From contig NC_135662.1 in assembly GCF_964188315.1 (NCBI RefSeq), positions 57,474,001-57,538,000 of the forward strand: DNA of 64,000 nucleotides. The letters run 5' to 3'. The notes under the pieces were generated by a model that made no database searches, was not told the DNA's origin, and was given only the letters and a program-made list of their open reading frames with translations. This DNA comes from Podarcis muralis (taxonomy: Eukaryota). Below, one piece after another: positions 1 to 11,500 of this stretch. Numbering within the stretch: the first letter of the stretch is position 1; every line of letters starts with the position of its first letter. The position numbers and the translations under genes were made by a program.

Positions 1-749
1 CCTCCAACTCACTGTTCTTACAGAATTACAACATTGTTAGAGTCTACACTACAGAACTCTGCAGAACATCAAGGGCATGGAAAGACAGAAGTGGTCCACA
101 CATCAGGTGTGGCAGAAGGAACACCAAGACAAGGGAGAACAGGGTCACGGGGTGGCACTTGGGTGAAGATCAGTGAGCAAGCAAGAAGGAGGGATGCTTT
201 ATCCCCCCAGATGCCAGTCATGTCTCGCCTGCAAATGCCAGCATTGGCTTTTCAAGAGGCCTAGGAGAGGCAGAGGCAACCTTAGGATCAGGGGCTGAAT
301 GTGTCCCCTGGCTTCTTTAGCCAGCCTACCTACTCACAGGACATTCCCCAGGCCATGCCCCTCACTGGTCCTGCCCTGTGTCCTTCTCAAGAGCAATTGC
401 TGGGCCAGGATGTGTCCTTGAATTGTGACAATGCCTCTTGTTTGGCTGGATGAAGGTGTTTGTAAGGGTAACCTCTGAGTTTTGCACGGACGGTACAAAG
501 ATGACTGTCTACAATCTTGCTTTGCCCACTTGCCCCTGGCTCCACCACTGTCCTGTGACCTCTGCAAGCTTGCCCAGGGGGACAGGTAGTCCTTAGGCTG
601 AAACAGTTCCCTGCTCCTACCCTGGGGGGCTACCTTGTCCCCTGCAGGATCTTACTTCCCACAAATACAAGCCTGCCCTATTCACCCTGCCCTTTAACCC
701 TCATGGTGCCTGATGTTTGAGGGGAGGGGAACAACACAAACATAATAAT

Positions 750-950
750 GTAAGAAGAAGCACCTGGATCTTCTTGGACCAATGGCCCATCTAGTCCAGC
801 ATCCTGTTCTCAAAGTGGCCGGTTGGAAAGCTGCAAGCAAGACCCAACCACCAGAGCATTCTCCCTTCCTTTGGTTTCCAGCAACTGGTATTCAGAAGCA
901 TTCCTGCCTCTGACTATGAAGGCAGGGCATAACCCTTATGGCTAGCAGCC
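750..950 (-). mobile_element. Degenerate CR1-like 3'-end fragment of a common squamate family; related copies near 20390-20470, 17400-17530 and 60545-60670
   Basis: Motif ggcccatctagtccagcatcctgttctc..gtggcc recurs in this window in both orientations; boundaries approximate. Confidence 0.5.
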
Positions 951-2930
951 AGGGGAAGGGAATCTTACACACTTTCCACTCAGTCCAAGAGATGAGAAGC
1001 AAATGGTGTACTCTGCGCTTTCTCGCAGTCTGACTTCCTTTCCTTTCCCTCTTCCAAGTGTTTGGTAGGGAAGTGTTTAAGAAAGCAGGGCTTTGTTATT
1101 GAAACAGCAGAAACCCATTAAGATGTAGAGACTCACCTATTGTTCATATATTATGAAATGCATCCTCCCCTTTAAGAAGAATACCAGCAACTCAACATAG
1201 TGGGAAATAATGTCTGAAGCAGCTTGCAGTGTTTGCTATGAGTAAGTTGAGGCCACTTCCCCTCATTGGAGGTACTAAACCTATCAGTCATTCTAAGGTC
1301 ACACAATTGCAGTTCAGAAATAATTTCTAATCATCCAGGGGTCTTTCCCATCTCCCTTTAACTTACTTCTCTCTCATGATTTTTCCTTTGATAGTAAAAG
1401 GAGAATCCAAAGAGTTTTATGAACACAGGATATCTGATCACAAAAACAAGATCACAGTAATCAGAACTCATTTCCTTTTTTGGTGATTTATGGCAACTGC
1501 AGATAGTCAGATAATAGACAGAAGAAAGTAAGCACAAGTTGAGAGCATGGCTTTTTGCTAGTGGCAATCAAAAATAAAGGGCCAATATGTCAGGAGAAAT
1601 GAAACAGAACTGCAAAGTACAGGACATGCAAATAATTGACTGTGCTGTTGATTCTACCGTTCATTTTACAGCTGTTTACAAGCAGATCCATTTTCCTAAG
1701 CAAGTGTCAATTAACTCTGGAGAAAGACCCATGTTAATTGATTTTGGAAAGCAGAATTTTGCATCTGCAAAACTAATCAGCAATGTTTTGAATAAGCAAA
1801 AGACACCTGCTGCCCTAACTCCCTTCATCCAGATTAATGTGTATGCAAACCTCTTGACTCACCTTCATTAATCTAAATGTGTTTTTTTGTCAGTAGCCTA
1901 GCATTTGCTTCATGCCAAAATTATGACCAGTGAGTGGGTGGCCAGTGCAGAGGGACTCAGAACACAAACAGCGATAAGAACGTTGCCACACCTGTTGCAA
2001 AAGGAACCTGAGCAGAACTCTCACACAAAGAACGTTATTTACTTTAGAATGTTGTTACTAAGAAAAACAAAGTAGATGGGGAGAGAAATATGGTTACACA
2101 CTCTTGGCTTGGTCTAAAACAGTATGGACAGCATTGCCAATGCCATGCATGGGGAGTTCTCTTTCTCTCTCTCTGGGTAGAATTTATTTATTACTGCATC
2201 TTGCATTTATACAAAATATTCAACTTTTCCACAAGAGGTTCAAGGCATACAACATGACTCTCTCTTTCTCCATATTGCCTTCACAATACGAAGGTTAAGT
2301 TGAGAGTTGGTGACTGGCCCAGGGTCACCCAGCAAGCTTCATGGCTGAGTGGATATTTCAACTCCCAGGTACTAGTCCAATGCTCTAACCACAATACCAC
2401 ATTGTGTGTGTCTGATACGTCTCATCAGGTGTTGGGCAGGAAGGAGAGAGGTGGGTCACACCCACACCATACATTTAAAGTGCATGGCTTCCCTCAAAGA
2501 ATCCTGGAAACTGTAGTATGTTAAGGGCGTTGTAGCTCTATGAGAGTTCCCCCACAGTTCTTTGGGAGAACCAGGGCCAGACTTTGGTAATCTTTAATAA
2601 TACGGTGAGCAAGTAAAATTTGGCACCTCCAAATGGATCTTTTCAATTATAGATCTCCTCAGTTTTGCGCCCCCTCAGCTCAAAACCCTGTGCAGGGAAA
2701 CCTCCTGCACTGCCCTAAATTTGGTGCTGGAAGAAGCCATGTGATTTAAATGTATGTTGTGGATAATCCATGTTTCTCCTCCCCCTACCAAACAGAATTC
2801 TCATCTTCCTGAAAGTGCTTTGCAACACGGAACCCCAGTTCCTGGAATTATGTTCAATACCAATTTGCAGAAAACCTCTGCATATGCTCATGGTTATATT
2901 TACATGCAGAATATAAGACACAGTACTTAC

Positions 2931-3001
2931 TTCACTGCCCAGTGTCTTCAGCAGATGATGGAAAAAATTATCAAGCTCTTTCCCTTCTATGTAACCGTTG
3001 T
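2931..3001 (-). CDS. SCGN: Secretagogin coding exon 2, (D)NGYIEGKELDNFFHHLLKTLGSE, second half of EF-hand 1
   Basis: ggttttag acceptor, 71 nt, gaa|gtaagt donor; phase-1 start fits exon 1; resembles recalled SCGN EKGYIEEKELDAFFLHML. Confidence 0.95.
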
Positions 3002-4036
3002 CTAAAACCGATTAAAAACATATTACTGAATATTGTACCATTAATGTTCAGAATCTAAACTGAAGAAATAACATGCAACATAAACATTTCATAAATCTAG
3101 TAACAACTCAAACATTTAGCCAAACTGACACACACACACATAAAGAAAATGTGAATGTTTGTTTTTTACTTTGATAGATTGCTTAAACATGCAGTTACTT
3201 TATTCCAGCTTTCTAGGTTTAAATATTCCTCTTCTTCAAATAAATAAGAGATATGTAACTTTGTCCAAAATCCACCAAGAGCTTCTCTTGTTTCAGCCTC
3301 CTTTGATATTAATCAGATAGCCAAGAACTGTATTGATACAAAGATTGGAAAACATAGGTACAAGGTGCCAGGCTGCATATGCCAGAGCAGGCCTATAACT
3401 TTAGACTGCAATACATTTTGAAGTACACGAAAGAGGAATAAAGTTTTCATGCATGTATAAATGCACTAATCAGAGAATTAACATGTTTATTTAAAAATAG
3501 AATAAATACATCTAAATAAAAACAACAATAACAATTTATTTATACCCAGTCCATCATGTTCCAGGTTGTACACAATCTAGGGTTACAATAATGTATTAAG
3601 ACATTTTGGGATATGTTGTTTTAGGTTGATGTTTAATGAAGAAGAACCATTTAAATCAAACTTGGATCAGCCTGGAAAGCATAAATGGCAAACAACTGCA
3701 GGCAGGCAAATGAGGGGAGTAGTGCAGAGGTCTCCCCACTTTCTCGGTCTCCAGCATAGAAATCAAGCAGACAGCTGGAAGCAGAGTGGGATTCTGCATT
3801 CCTCCTTTGCCAGCCTAAGTAGGCTGGTATTTTATGATTATTTTTTGCATGCTAGTAACTTTAGGGGTCTAATTTACAAGACTGGTTGAGAGTGTAAGCT
3901 CCTTGGAGAAGGGACCTGTCCTTTTGCTTATGTTACTCAGCACCATGCACACTGATGGTGTAAAACAAGAACAGTAAGTTCTTCAGGATTAGCATCGGTA
4001 TTGAAACACAACAGTGTTTCTTTTAACCAGTAAATT

Positions 4037-4055
4037 AATAATAATAATAATAATA

Positions 4056-4112
<57 letters not shown>

Positions 4113-4170
4113 TTATTTATATCCTGCCCTCCCCAGCCGAAGCCGGGCTCAGAGCGGCTAACAACAGTAA
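4037..4170 (-). repeat. (AAT)~25 microsatellite (4037-4112) forming the tail of a short L2-like 3' fragment
   Basis: Pure AAT run joined to tttatttatatcctgccctccccagccgaagccgggctcagagcggctaacaa, the reverse complement of an L2-type terminus. Confidence 0.75.
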
Positions 4171-4540
4171 AATAATACAGCATTCTAAAATCAATAATAG
4201 GTGAAAAAAGTCAGCTGATCGAGGTCCACGAGGATTTGTAATTAGCCTTGCTTCTCAATTAAATGGCTTCAATCAGACCCACCAACCACCCTAATGTCCT
4301 CTGCACACCCATGAACACAAGACACTCTGAGATCACGGGAATACAAGCATATGGCTAGTCGAAAATCGAATTGGGACGTGCAACTTGGAAAAGCAAAAAC
4401 TTCCTTGCAAAGCAGAAAGAGGAAACTTGGACAAAGAAACACCCCAACTAGCGCCCCTGCCTACCGCCTTTTCTAGGCGCGCTCCGTCCCTTCCCTATTT
4501 AACTCCCAGAGTGGAAAGAGCCTCTCCCGGGCGCACTCAC

Positions 4541-4613
4541 CGTCGGCGTCGAAGCGCTGCCAGAGTCGCAGAAAGGCAGCCGCCTCGAGGGAAGGCAGAA
4601 AGTCGCTGTCCAT
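4541..4613 (-). CDS. SCGN: Secretagogin coding exon 1, MDSDFLPSLEAAAFLRLWQRFDAD
   Basis: ATG at 4613-4611 in strong Kozak context gcaccATGg; WQRFDAD matches the recalled SCGN N-terminus; 73 nt, g|gtgagt donor, phase 1. Confidence 0.95.
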
Positions 4614-4622
4614 GGTGCTGAC
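4602..4622 (-). promoter_or_regulatory. RE1/NRSE (REST-binding) element overlapping the SCGN start codon
   Basis: GTCAGCACCATGGACAGCGAC versus consensus TTCAGCACCACGGACAGCGCC: 18/21 match, both half-sites intact with canonical spacing. Confidence 0.8.
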
Positions 4623-5634
4623 TCCGGAGAGACCGCGATGGGCAAAGGTCAGCGCGTCGCGTTGGCAAGTCCAAGTGGGCTGCGCGGCGCTGGGGCTGCT
4701 GGCCTCGAGTGCCCAAGAGGCGGGCGGGTTTTCAGAAGGCAGCCCAGCCGGGGACACGCCCAGACTCCCCCCAAGATCCCACCTGCTGCCTGGAGAGAAG
4801 GTCGGAGCGATCCAGCAAGCGAGGCAAAGTCGGCTGCTTGCTGCCCCCTTTCGTGCCAAAGTTTCCCTTGTTACCTGCTTGGAGGAAGAGCTGCTGGGCT
4901 CGCCCTTGAAGTGAGACTGCTGCCACCAACTTTTGTTGTTTTTTGTAAGGATATATCCTTGTAAGTAAGGCGAGAATATAAGGGGATTTATTGGTGCACG
5001 GAGGTGCAAGATGGAATTTAGAAGGCAGAGTCACCAGCTTAAAGGGACTTTGAAAAAGCTTCCTCAGAGAAAGTCGAAACAGCTGCAGTATTAAAAGCGG
5101 TTAATGAGTAGGATTAATTCAGAACTGCATTCGCGGCAGGCAGAAGGGTCGGTCTGAAAGCTCGCTTTGCATGGAGCTCTCTCACTTTTTCTTCTTTTTA
5201 TATTGCCAGAGTTTCAGAGTGGCAAGTACAGCAGCTGTAGAGGAGCTAAACGTGCATCACAAAGGAAGCCTATGGAGCTGTTGCTACTTTTGGAAACAAT
5301 CCAAAAATCACCTGAAATGAATAGAATGAAACCCATAGTGGTGACTTTAAATCAAGACTTATTTACTTTAAATGAGGAATATAAATTAGTTATTTACTTC
5401 ACAGAAAAGTACATTGTTAATTTGTGATGGGCAAGGGGGTGTGCGTTGTTTTTGTTTTTTGTTTTTAAAAAACCCCTCACAGAATTAGGGGTTAAATAAA
5501 TATTACATAATTGTAATGTTGCTCATGCACACAGTGAATTATTCATGAGTTGCTCTGAAGCACCACCTCTGTTTTTAGTTAGTTTTCAGAGTGGCATCAG
5601 AGAAGGATATAGCTGTTGTGCCTGTTTTTCAGTA

Positions 5635-5860
5635 CAGTGGTACCTCGGGTTAAGAACATAATTTGTTCTGGAGGTCCGTTCTTAACCTGAAACTATTCTT
5701 AACCTGAGGTACTACTTTAGCTAATGGGGCCTCCTGCTGCCGCTGCACCACCACCACACGATTTCTGTTCTCATCCTGAAGCAAAGTTCTTAACCCGAGG
5801 TACTATTTCTGGGTTAGCGGAGTCTGTAACCTGAAGCATCTGTAACCTGAGGTACCACTG
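5635..5860. mobile_element. Tc1/mariner-superfamily MITE, 226 bp (copy 1 of 3)
   Basis: TIR cagtggtacctc(g/a)ggtta at both ends, flanked by TA. Confidence 0.9.
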
Positions 5861-7506
5861 TATTCCTCATTTGAAAAGCTTGCAGGTTTTATGAACCACT
5901 GGTGGTAGACTGAAATAGACTTATCTATTGCTCGGGGACAAACTGACTATGGGTTTCTGCAAATTATGGCAAACCTTGGTTCTTACTGGTCTGTGAATGC
6001 AGAAGATAAGTTATTAATGCCATATAACTCTTATCCCACATACTGGTGTTTAGAATTACATTAGTATGTGAAAGAGGAAAAGGAAAACAACAACAATTAC
6101 CTGTAAGTTTTCCATTCTACATATCTGTTAGTGTTGGCAAACCTTAGCAGTTTTGAAGATTAGGATGTGAAATGGCATTTCCAAGTTAGAAGTTAGAAAA
6201 GTAATGCATTGCAGGGGGTTGGACTAGATAACCCTTGGGGTCCCTTCCAACTCTACAGTTCTATGATATCTCAGGCAAGCATCCTGCAGAACTGTACTTT
6301 GTGAACACATTTGCTCTACTACAGTTGCATTATGTACACGGGCATCTGCAGTATTAGCTAATGCGCAGAATATTGTTGTTATTAGGGGTGGCAACATCAA
6401 ATTTCTCTTGAGTGGGTCACTATTCTAGAAAGTCTAAACACACACAAGCACACAAACAGATGAATTAAATCTGCCCAACATATATTAATTTGTCAATTTG
6501 GCCCGATTGATAGCAAATGGTATAAAAACAAAACAAAAATCCACCCACTATCAAATTACACAAATAATGACTGGTGTGATATAGAAGCTTCTGAAAACAG
6601 ACACAAAGTCAATGTTGCATATTGAGGTGTGTGAGAGGGATTCTTAGCAGGATGGCTACAGTTAAAAGCTTGACTTGCTCCCTTCTTGCATGGCAACTGC
6701 CTATTTGAAAAGAAAGAAAGAACACCCCCCTTTTGCTTTTCCTGTCTCTCTTTTCTCCTTCCAATATTCATTTTGAAGTGAGGCTTAATTTTTAAAGGCA
6801 CCCTTTCTCAAAGGCTGACAGTTAATTGAAATACAATGGAAGTGTTGAGACAGCAATACAAAAGATTTCTAAATGAAAATTCCAGAAAAACAAAAGTACT
6901 TACACAACGCAAGTCCACGTTTGTCCAGCTGCTTATCCAGTTGCTTCATGCATAAGTGAGCAAGCTCCATTTGCAATTTTAATATCAGCTTTATTATATT
7001 TGGTGTGGCTCAGGGGTAGCTAACTAGTAGCCATACATCCGGAATTTCCCAGACATATCTGTGATTCATCCGTCGAAAATAGCGTTTGGGCAGAATTCTC
7101 AGAAATCAGTTAAAATGTCCTGAAAAATCCAGGCATATGGCAGCCCATATCGGAAGTGTTGGAATTTTATTTTGGGGGGAGATTTTCAAAACAACAGCAA
7201 CAACAACAACCCACCCCTGGTCTGCATGATGATGCAAAACATTATGATTGACATGTGCACACCTGTCCATGTCCATACGAATAGAACCTTGTGTTCCCTG
7301 CTGGCAATTGGGCAACTGTTTGCTGGAATGTCTAAAATACCCTACAGTTATTACTTTTACACTGTTGACACCAGAGAGTAACCCGTTAGGTTCCAAAGGT
7401 ATTTAAGAACTAGTGGCAAGCGCCCATCACAGAGATTTGCCTCTGGGCAGGTTAAGTTGGGAAATGGCTGGAGTCTCACTGTTACTGAGCTTCGTAGTAC
7501 ACTCAG

Positions 7507-7633
7507 AACCTATATCCCTCCAGATGCTGCTAGACTACAATTCCCATCATCCGTGTATGTAGGCAATTATGGTTGGAGCTGATGGGAGTTGCAGTCCAAC
7601 AACATCTGGAGTGCCACAGGTTGCCTGCCCCTG
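7507..7633. mobile_element. Short (~130 bp) non-autonomous DNA element; related copies near 8660-8785, 26670-26800, 37545-37675, 60228-60364 and 61315-61440
   Basis: Recurrent core actacaactcccatcat...gatgggagttgtagtcc with caggggtggggaacc-like ends; superfamily (hAT-like) inferred. Confidence 0.65.
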
Positions 7634-8450
7634 CTATATAAAAAAAGATAAGGGCCAGTGCAATAGACGCAGGTTTGGATCTTCTGGGTTCCAGTAACAC
7701 TGTACTAGCATTCAGTGGTGAATAGCTGTCAGATCAAAGGCTGTGCCAGAAGCCTGCATTCAAGAAAATCTTGGAGCAAATTTGGCAGAAGTAATAGTTC
7801 ACACAGAGGCCCCATTTTCTCACACACCAGCCTGCTATGACAGCTCCCCTGCATTAACATTTTAATAAAAGAAATAAATAGAAATAATAGAGCTAATCTT
7901 AAGTCAATAAAACCCACCCAAACCTTTTATGCTCATTGAGCAGAAAGCATGTGGCTGTTGAAGGCCATTAAAGAGAAAGGAAACTTGCCACAAGAACCGA
8001 AGCATTCAATTAACCCCATGAGGTCCCAAACTGACTAGAATCACTATTGTGCTCTGGGGTAAAGGGTTTCTGAAATATTAAAAGGGATGTCTCGAAAAAG
8101 AATTTCTTCCACATCTAATGAATGGGCTGGAGCAAACCCTTTTCATAACTCTCCACTCCCAGTTTTCAAGAGTGGGAGAATGGCAGCAATGGGGGAAGCT
8201 GGAGGAGAATAAAGAGGAAGGGATTGGGAGGGGGCCACGGAATCAGGTAGTTTTGCTTAAGGGGTCATTTGGGGCATCTACAAAGTTTGCTTTATGTCAA
8301 ATATGGGAAGTTCACACACACCCACACACCCCTATTGCACATTTCCCTTTCCCCACAGTAATTACCATGTGGGCTTGAGCATCCAGATTCCAATATATCT
8401 GTTCATGTGCTCCAGTTCAGTGCAAGGGCTCTGATAACTCTTCAGCACCT

Positions 8451-8595
8451 GGATAGCTCAGCTGGATGGAAAGTGGGGCTCATAACGCCAAGGTTGCAGG
8501 TTCAATCCCCATAAGGGACAGCTGCATATTCCTGCATTGCAGAGGGTTGGACTAGATGATTCTCAGGGTTTCTTCCAACTCTATGATTCTATTCT
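8451..8595 (+). mobile_element. tRNA-derived SINE with CR1-like 3' tail
   Basis: A box (tagctcagctgg) and B box (ggttcaatcc), followed by ggttggactagatga...ttccaactctatgattct. Confidence 0.75.
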
Positions 8596-11500
8596 GCCAC
8601 AACCATTGCATCATGCTACGAACCACTGATCCTGGAACATTTTCATACAGATTAGAACAGCTGTTGGGAACCTTTGACTACCCAGATGTTGCTGAACCGC
8701 AGCTCCCATCATCCCTGGCCATCAGCATGCTTACTAGGGCTGATGTGGTGCAACAACATCTGGAAAGCTAAAAGTTCCCCACTCCTGTGTTAGAAGAACC
8801 AAAGGCGGCCTCAGATTCAATATACCCATCTTGTGTATGGCTTTTTCTCCACACCACCCACCTAACCCCACTTTAGCAAGGTACTTGTAAAGAAGGACAT
8901 CATTATGACATGAATAGCATGAAGATTATCACTATCATTATTACTATAAAATGTATTGTTAAAATTATTATAACTCAATCTGAAAAGAAATATTGAAATA
9001 GAAAAGGTATTCTGAGTTTTAAATTTAACAAGCATTATGTTAAAGCCTGCAAAATGCATTTAAGTGCATTGAAAACTGGATAGGCTATTATGAAAGAAAA
9101 TAAAAGGCACTAACTAAATTGTCTACATTTGGTTGTCTCAGTTATTGACTTATTTTGTCTTCATGATTGTATAGTAACACAATGCAAACAAGCTAAGCTT
9201 CTCGCACAGTACTGAACAATAAGTATTGACAAAAATGACTGCCGTTGCCACACCACATTCTATTTGCTATTTTGTAAGAATGTTCGCAATCAAATTCTCT
9301 TTTTGCAAAAGAAAGTGACTGTCTCACAGATGGATAAGTAAAGCCTTATCCAACCTCCCAACCCTCAAATTATCAAAAGCTGTTACAAGTTTCAACAAGC
9401 TTTTCTTCAAGCTGTAAGATGTTGCTAGAAGTAGAGTGAAGAATTTATAGGAGTACTGAATTGTTCAGCATTCAGATCTGCCTTCTGTTGAACAAAAGCT
9501 TTCGGTAAGAAGTACTGCAGGAGGACTGGAATCCTAGGACTTGAACCCCAAATTTAGGAGAGCAGAGGGTAGATTCCTCCCCCACCCCTGAGGAACATTG
9601 TTTGGTTGTAAATATGTGTAGTACAAACTATATTTCTTAAAGATACTAGTCTTTGCTGTGCCTTGATTTCCCAATGGGAACCCAACCCTGGCTGAGCACC
9701 TGGAACCCTCTGAAATCTTGTTGCTGCTTGGCAGAGATTGGGGGTGGTGCAGAACCTCTGTAACAATATGTTACTGGTGCAACATGGGAACTGCTAGCCC
9801 ACATTGCTCATCCAAATTAGCACTATCACCTCCCAGATATAAGCCCGAAAGCAAATTAGAAGTAGCAGTTATGAGAAAGAGTCGGAAACCAGGAAGTCCC
9901 TAGTTCCAATCTTGTTTTGGGTTTGACCTTAATAGCTGGCCTTAGGGCAACAGTTATCTCTGAGCCTCAGACATGCCACCTGAAAAAAGGGAAAGTGCAT
10001 CCTGTCTACCTTAGTTGGGGTAAGGTTTACTGTCAACGTATGTGAAGTCCTTTGAGCATGCAGGAAAAAGTAATTATTTTTTGCTGAAAGGCAACTGTGG
10101 TCTAAATTATTCCACCACCACACAGAGCTCTTAAATATGGATTATGTCCATGGCCTAGGTCAGCATATCACAAGGTGTGAATACAAGGTCAGGTCAAATA
10201 AGGTCTGTGAATACCAATACTAACTAATTTTCTTCAACAGACATATTTGTTAAGGGGAATAAATATAACCCAGGGTAAGTATCACAAATGGCCCCCTAAA
10301 GTTCAAACAATTCAGACATACAACTGAATGCAAAATTATGTGGAATTTTAGTTTTAACTTTATAAATGTGGAATGTTCAATGATAATATACAATTGCATG
10401 TCTGACGGATGATTTAAGACTACAAAGAAAACACGCTTATCTGCCTCACAGCATACAATTTAAATTGAACCTGGCACACATGGTTCTGCCAAACAAGCCT
10501 TTTCAAAGCAGCTGAGAAGATATTTGATAGGAAAACAGGCAGCAGCCCACTAAGGGGGTCTTTGAACATTGAAATAAACATTCAAAGTGGGGGAATTGAT
10601 CAAAGACATGCTGATAGCTGAACAAAGTTGACACATCACTTTCCAGTCAGACCCTGCTATGCAAGAACAGCTAAAATAAAAAATTGATTCTGTTTTGTTT
10701 AAAAAATGATCAAATCCTAACTTTATTTTATTTGTAATATGTATGCTGAACACCTGTGGTCTGAAGAACAGAAAGATATGAAAGCCTGCAACATTTCCAC
10801 AGACATATTTCCTGCATATCCAGCAATAGTGAAAAGCAATTCACCAAGGCACCTACCTTGAAGAAATATGGAGAGTGGAACTCATGGCTAGATGCTGCTG
10901 ATGAAAATGTGTTAGCCACCTCTGGTTAACTGTTGGTGGAAGGTCCTTTGAGTACAAGTTTACCCCAACCTACAGATAATGCCATGGACTTTTAGCTAGG
11001 GTGCCACAAACTTGTCTACAATGCTTTTATGCTCAAAGGAAGTAAAAGACTGGTCACAAGGATGCAATGCCATGTAATGTGGGATAGTGAAGATGACTGC
11101 AGTGTGTGTGTGTGTGTCTCAGTGAAGCTACATTGGTGCAACCCACAATCTGCCTCTGTTCATACTTTTAGTCCATTGACTCCATTCTGTGTTGTGGCTT
11201 TGGGTAGAGAAATCTTAGTCACACTCTGTCTACAGGCAGTCTGTTTTAGCTCCACCCCCTAGTGATGCTCTTACTAGAAGACTCCTGTCTGACAACCAAG
11301 AGGAGGTACTTCCCTGAATTGAAAGGATGCCCCATTCTAGAACTACTAGATAGATCACTCTGTTACTAGCCAGGCAGGCAGGGATGAGTTGGAGAGCTGG
11401 ACAGGCCCTCCCCATAGCATTTCAACACTACCTGTAGCCAAGAGTAAGTGCGACTGCAGATGGAAACAACTGCCTTTGCCAGCAAACTTCTTAGGAGAGA

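Larger units (their letters stand above)
4430..4990 (-). promoter_or_regulatory. SCGN: CpG island covering the SCGN promoter, 5'UTR and exon 1
   Basis: Visible GC/CpG enrichment against AT-rich flanks, around the SCGN ATG; TSS not determined. Confidence 0.75.

Noticed and set aside
1-2930. SCGN exon 3 candidates at minus-strand donors near 1136, 1366 and 1862
   Set aside because: Upstream frames contain stops or show no similarity to the expected second EF-hand region; exon 3 probably lies beyond the window
3989-4183. Poly-Leu/Ile 'membrane' ORFs here and at 53436-53739
   Set aside because: Translations of (AAT)n/(TAT)n microsatellites
4473-5009. 178-aa ORF suggesting an N-terminally extended SCGN, plus overlapping 66-108 aa ORFs
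   Set aside because: Typical stop-poor CpG island; the Kozak-optimal ATG at 4613 matches the known N-terminus and the ORF reads through the exon 1 donor
8451-8520. Possible tRNA gene (also 32800-32870 and the head of the 60017 element)
   Set aside because: No complete cloverleaf; each continues into a LINE-like tail, so these are SINE heads
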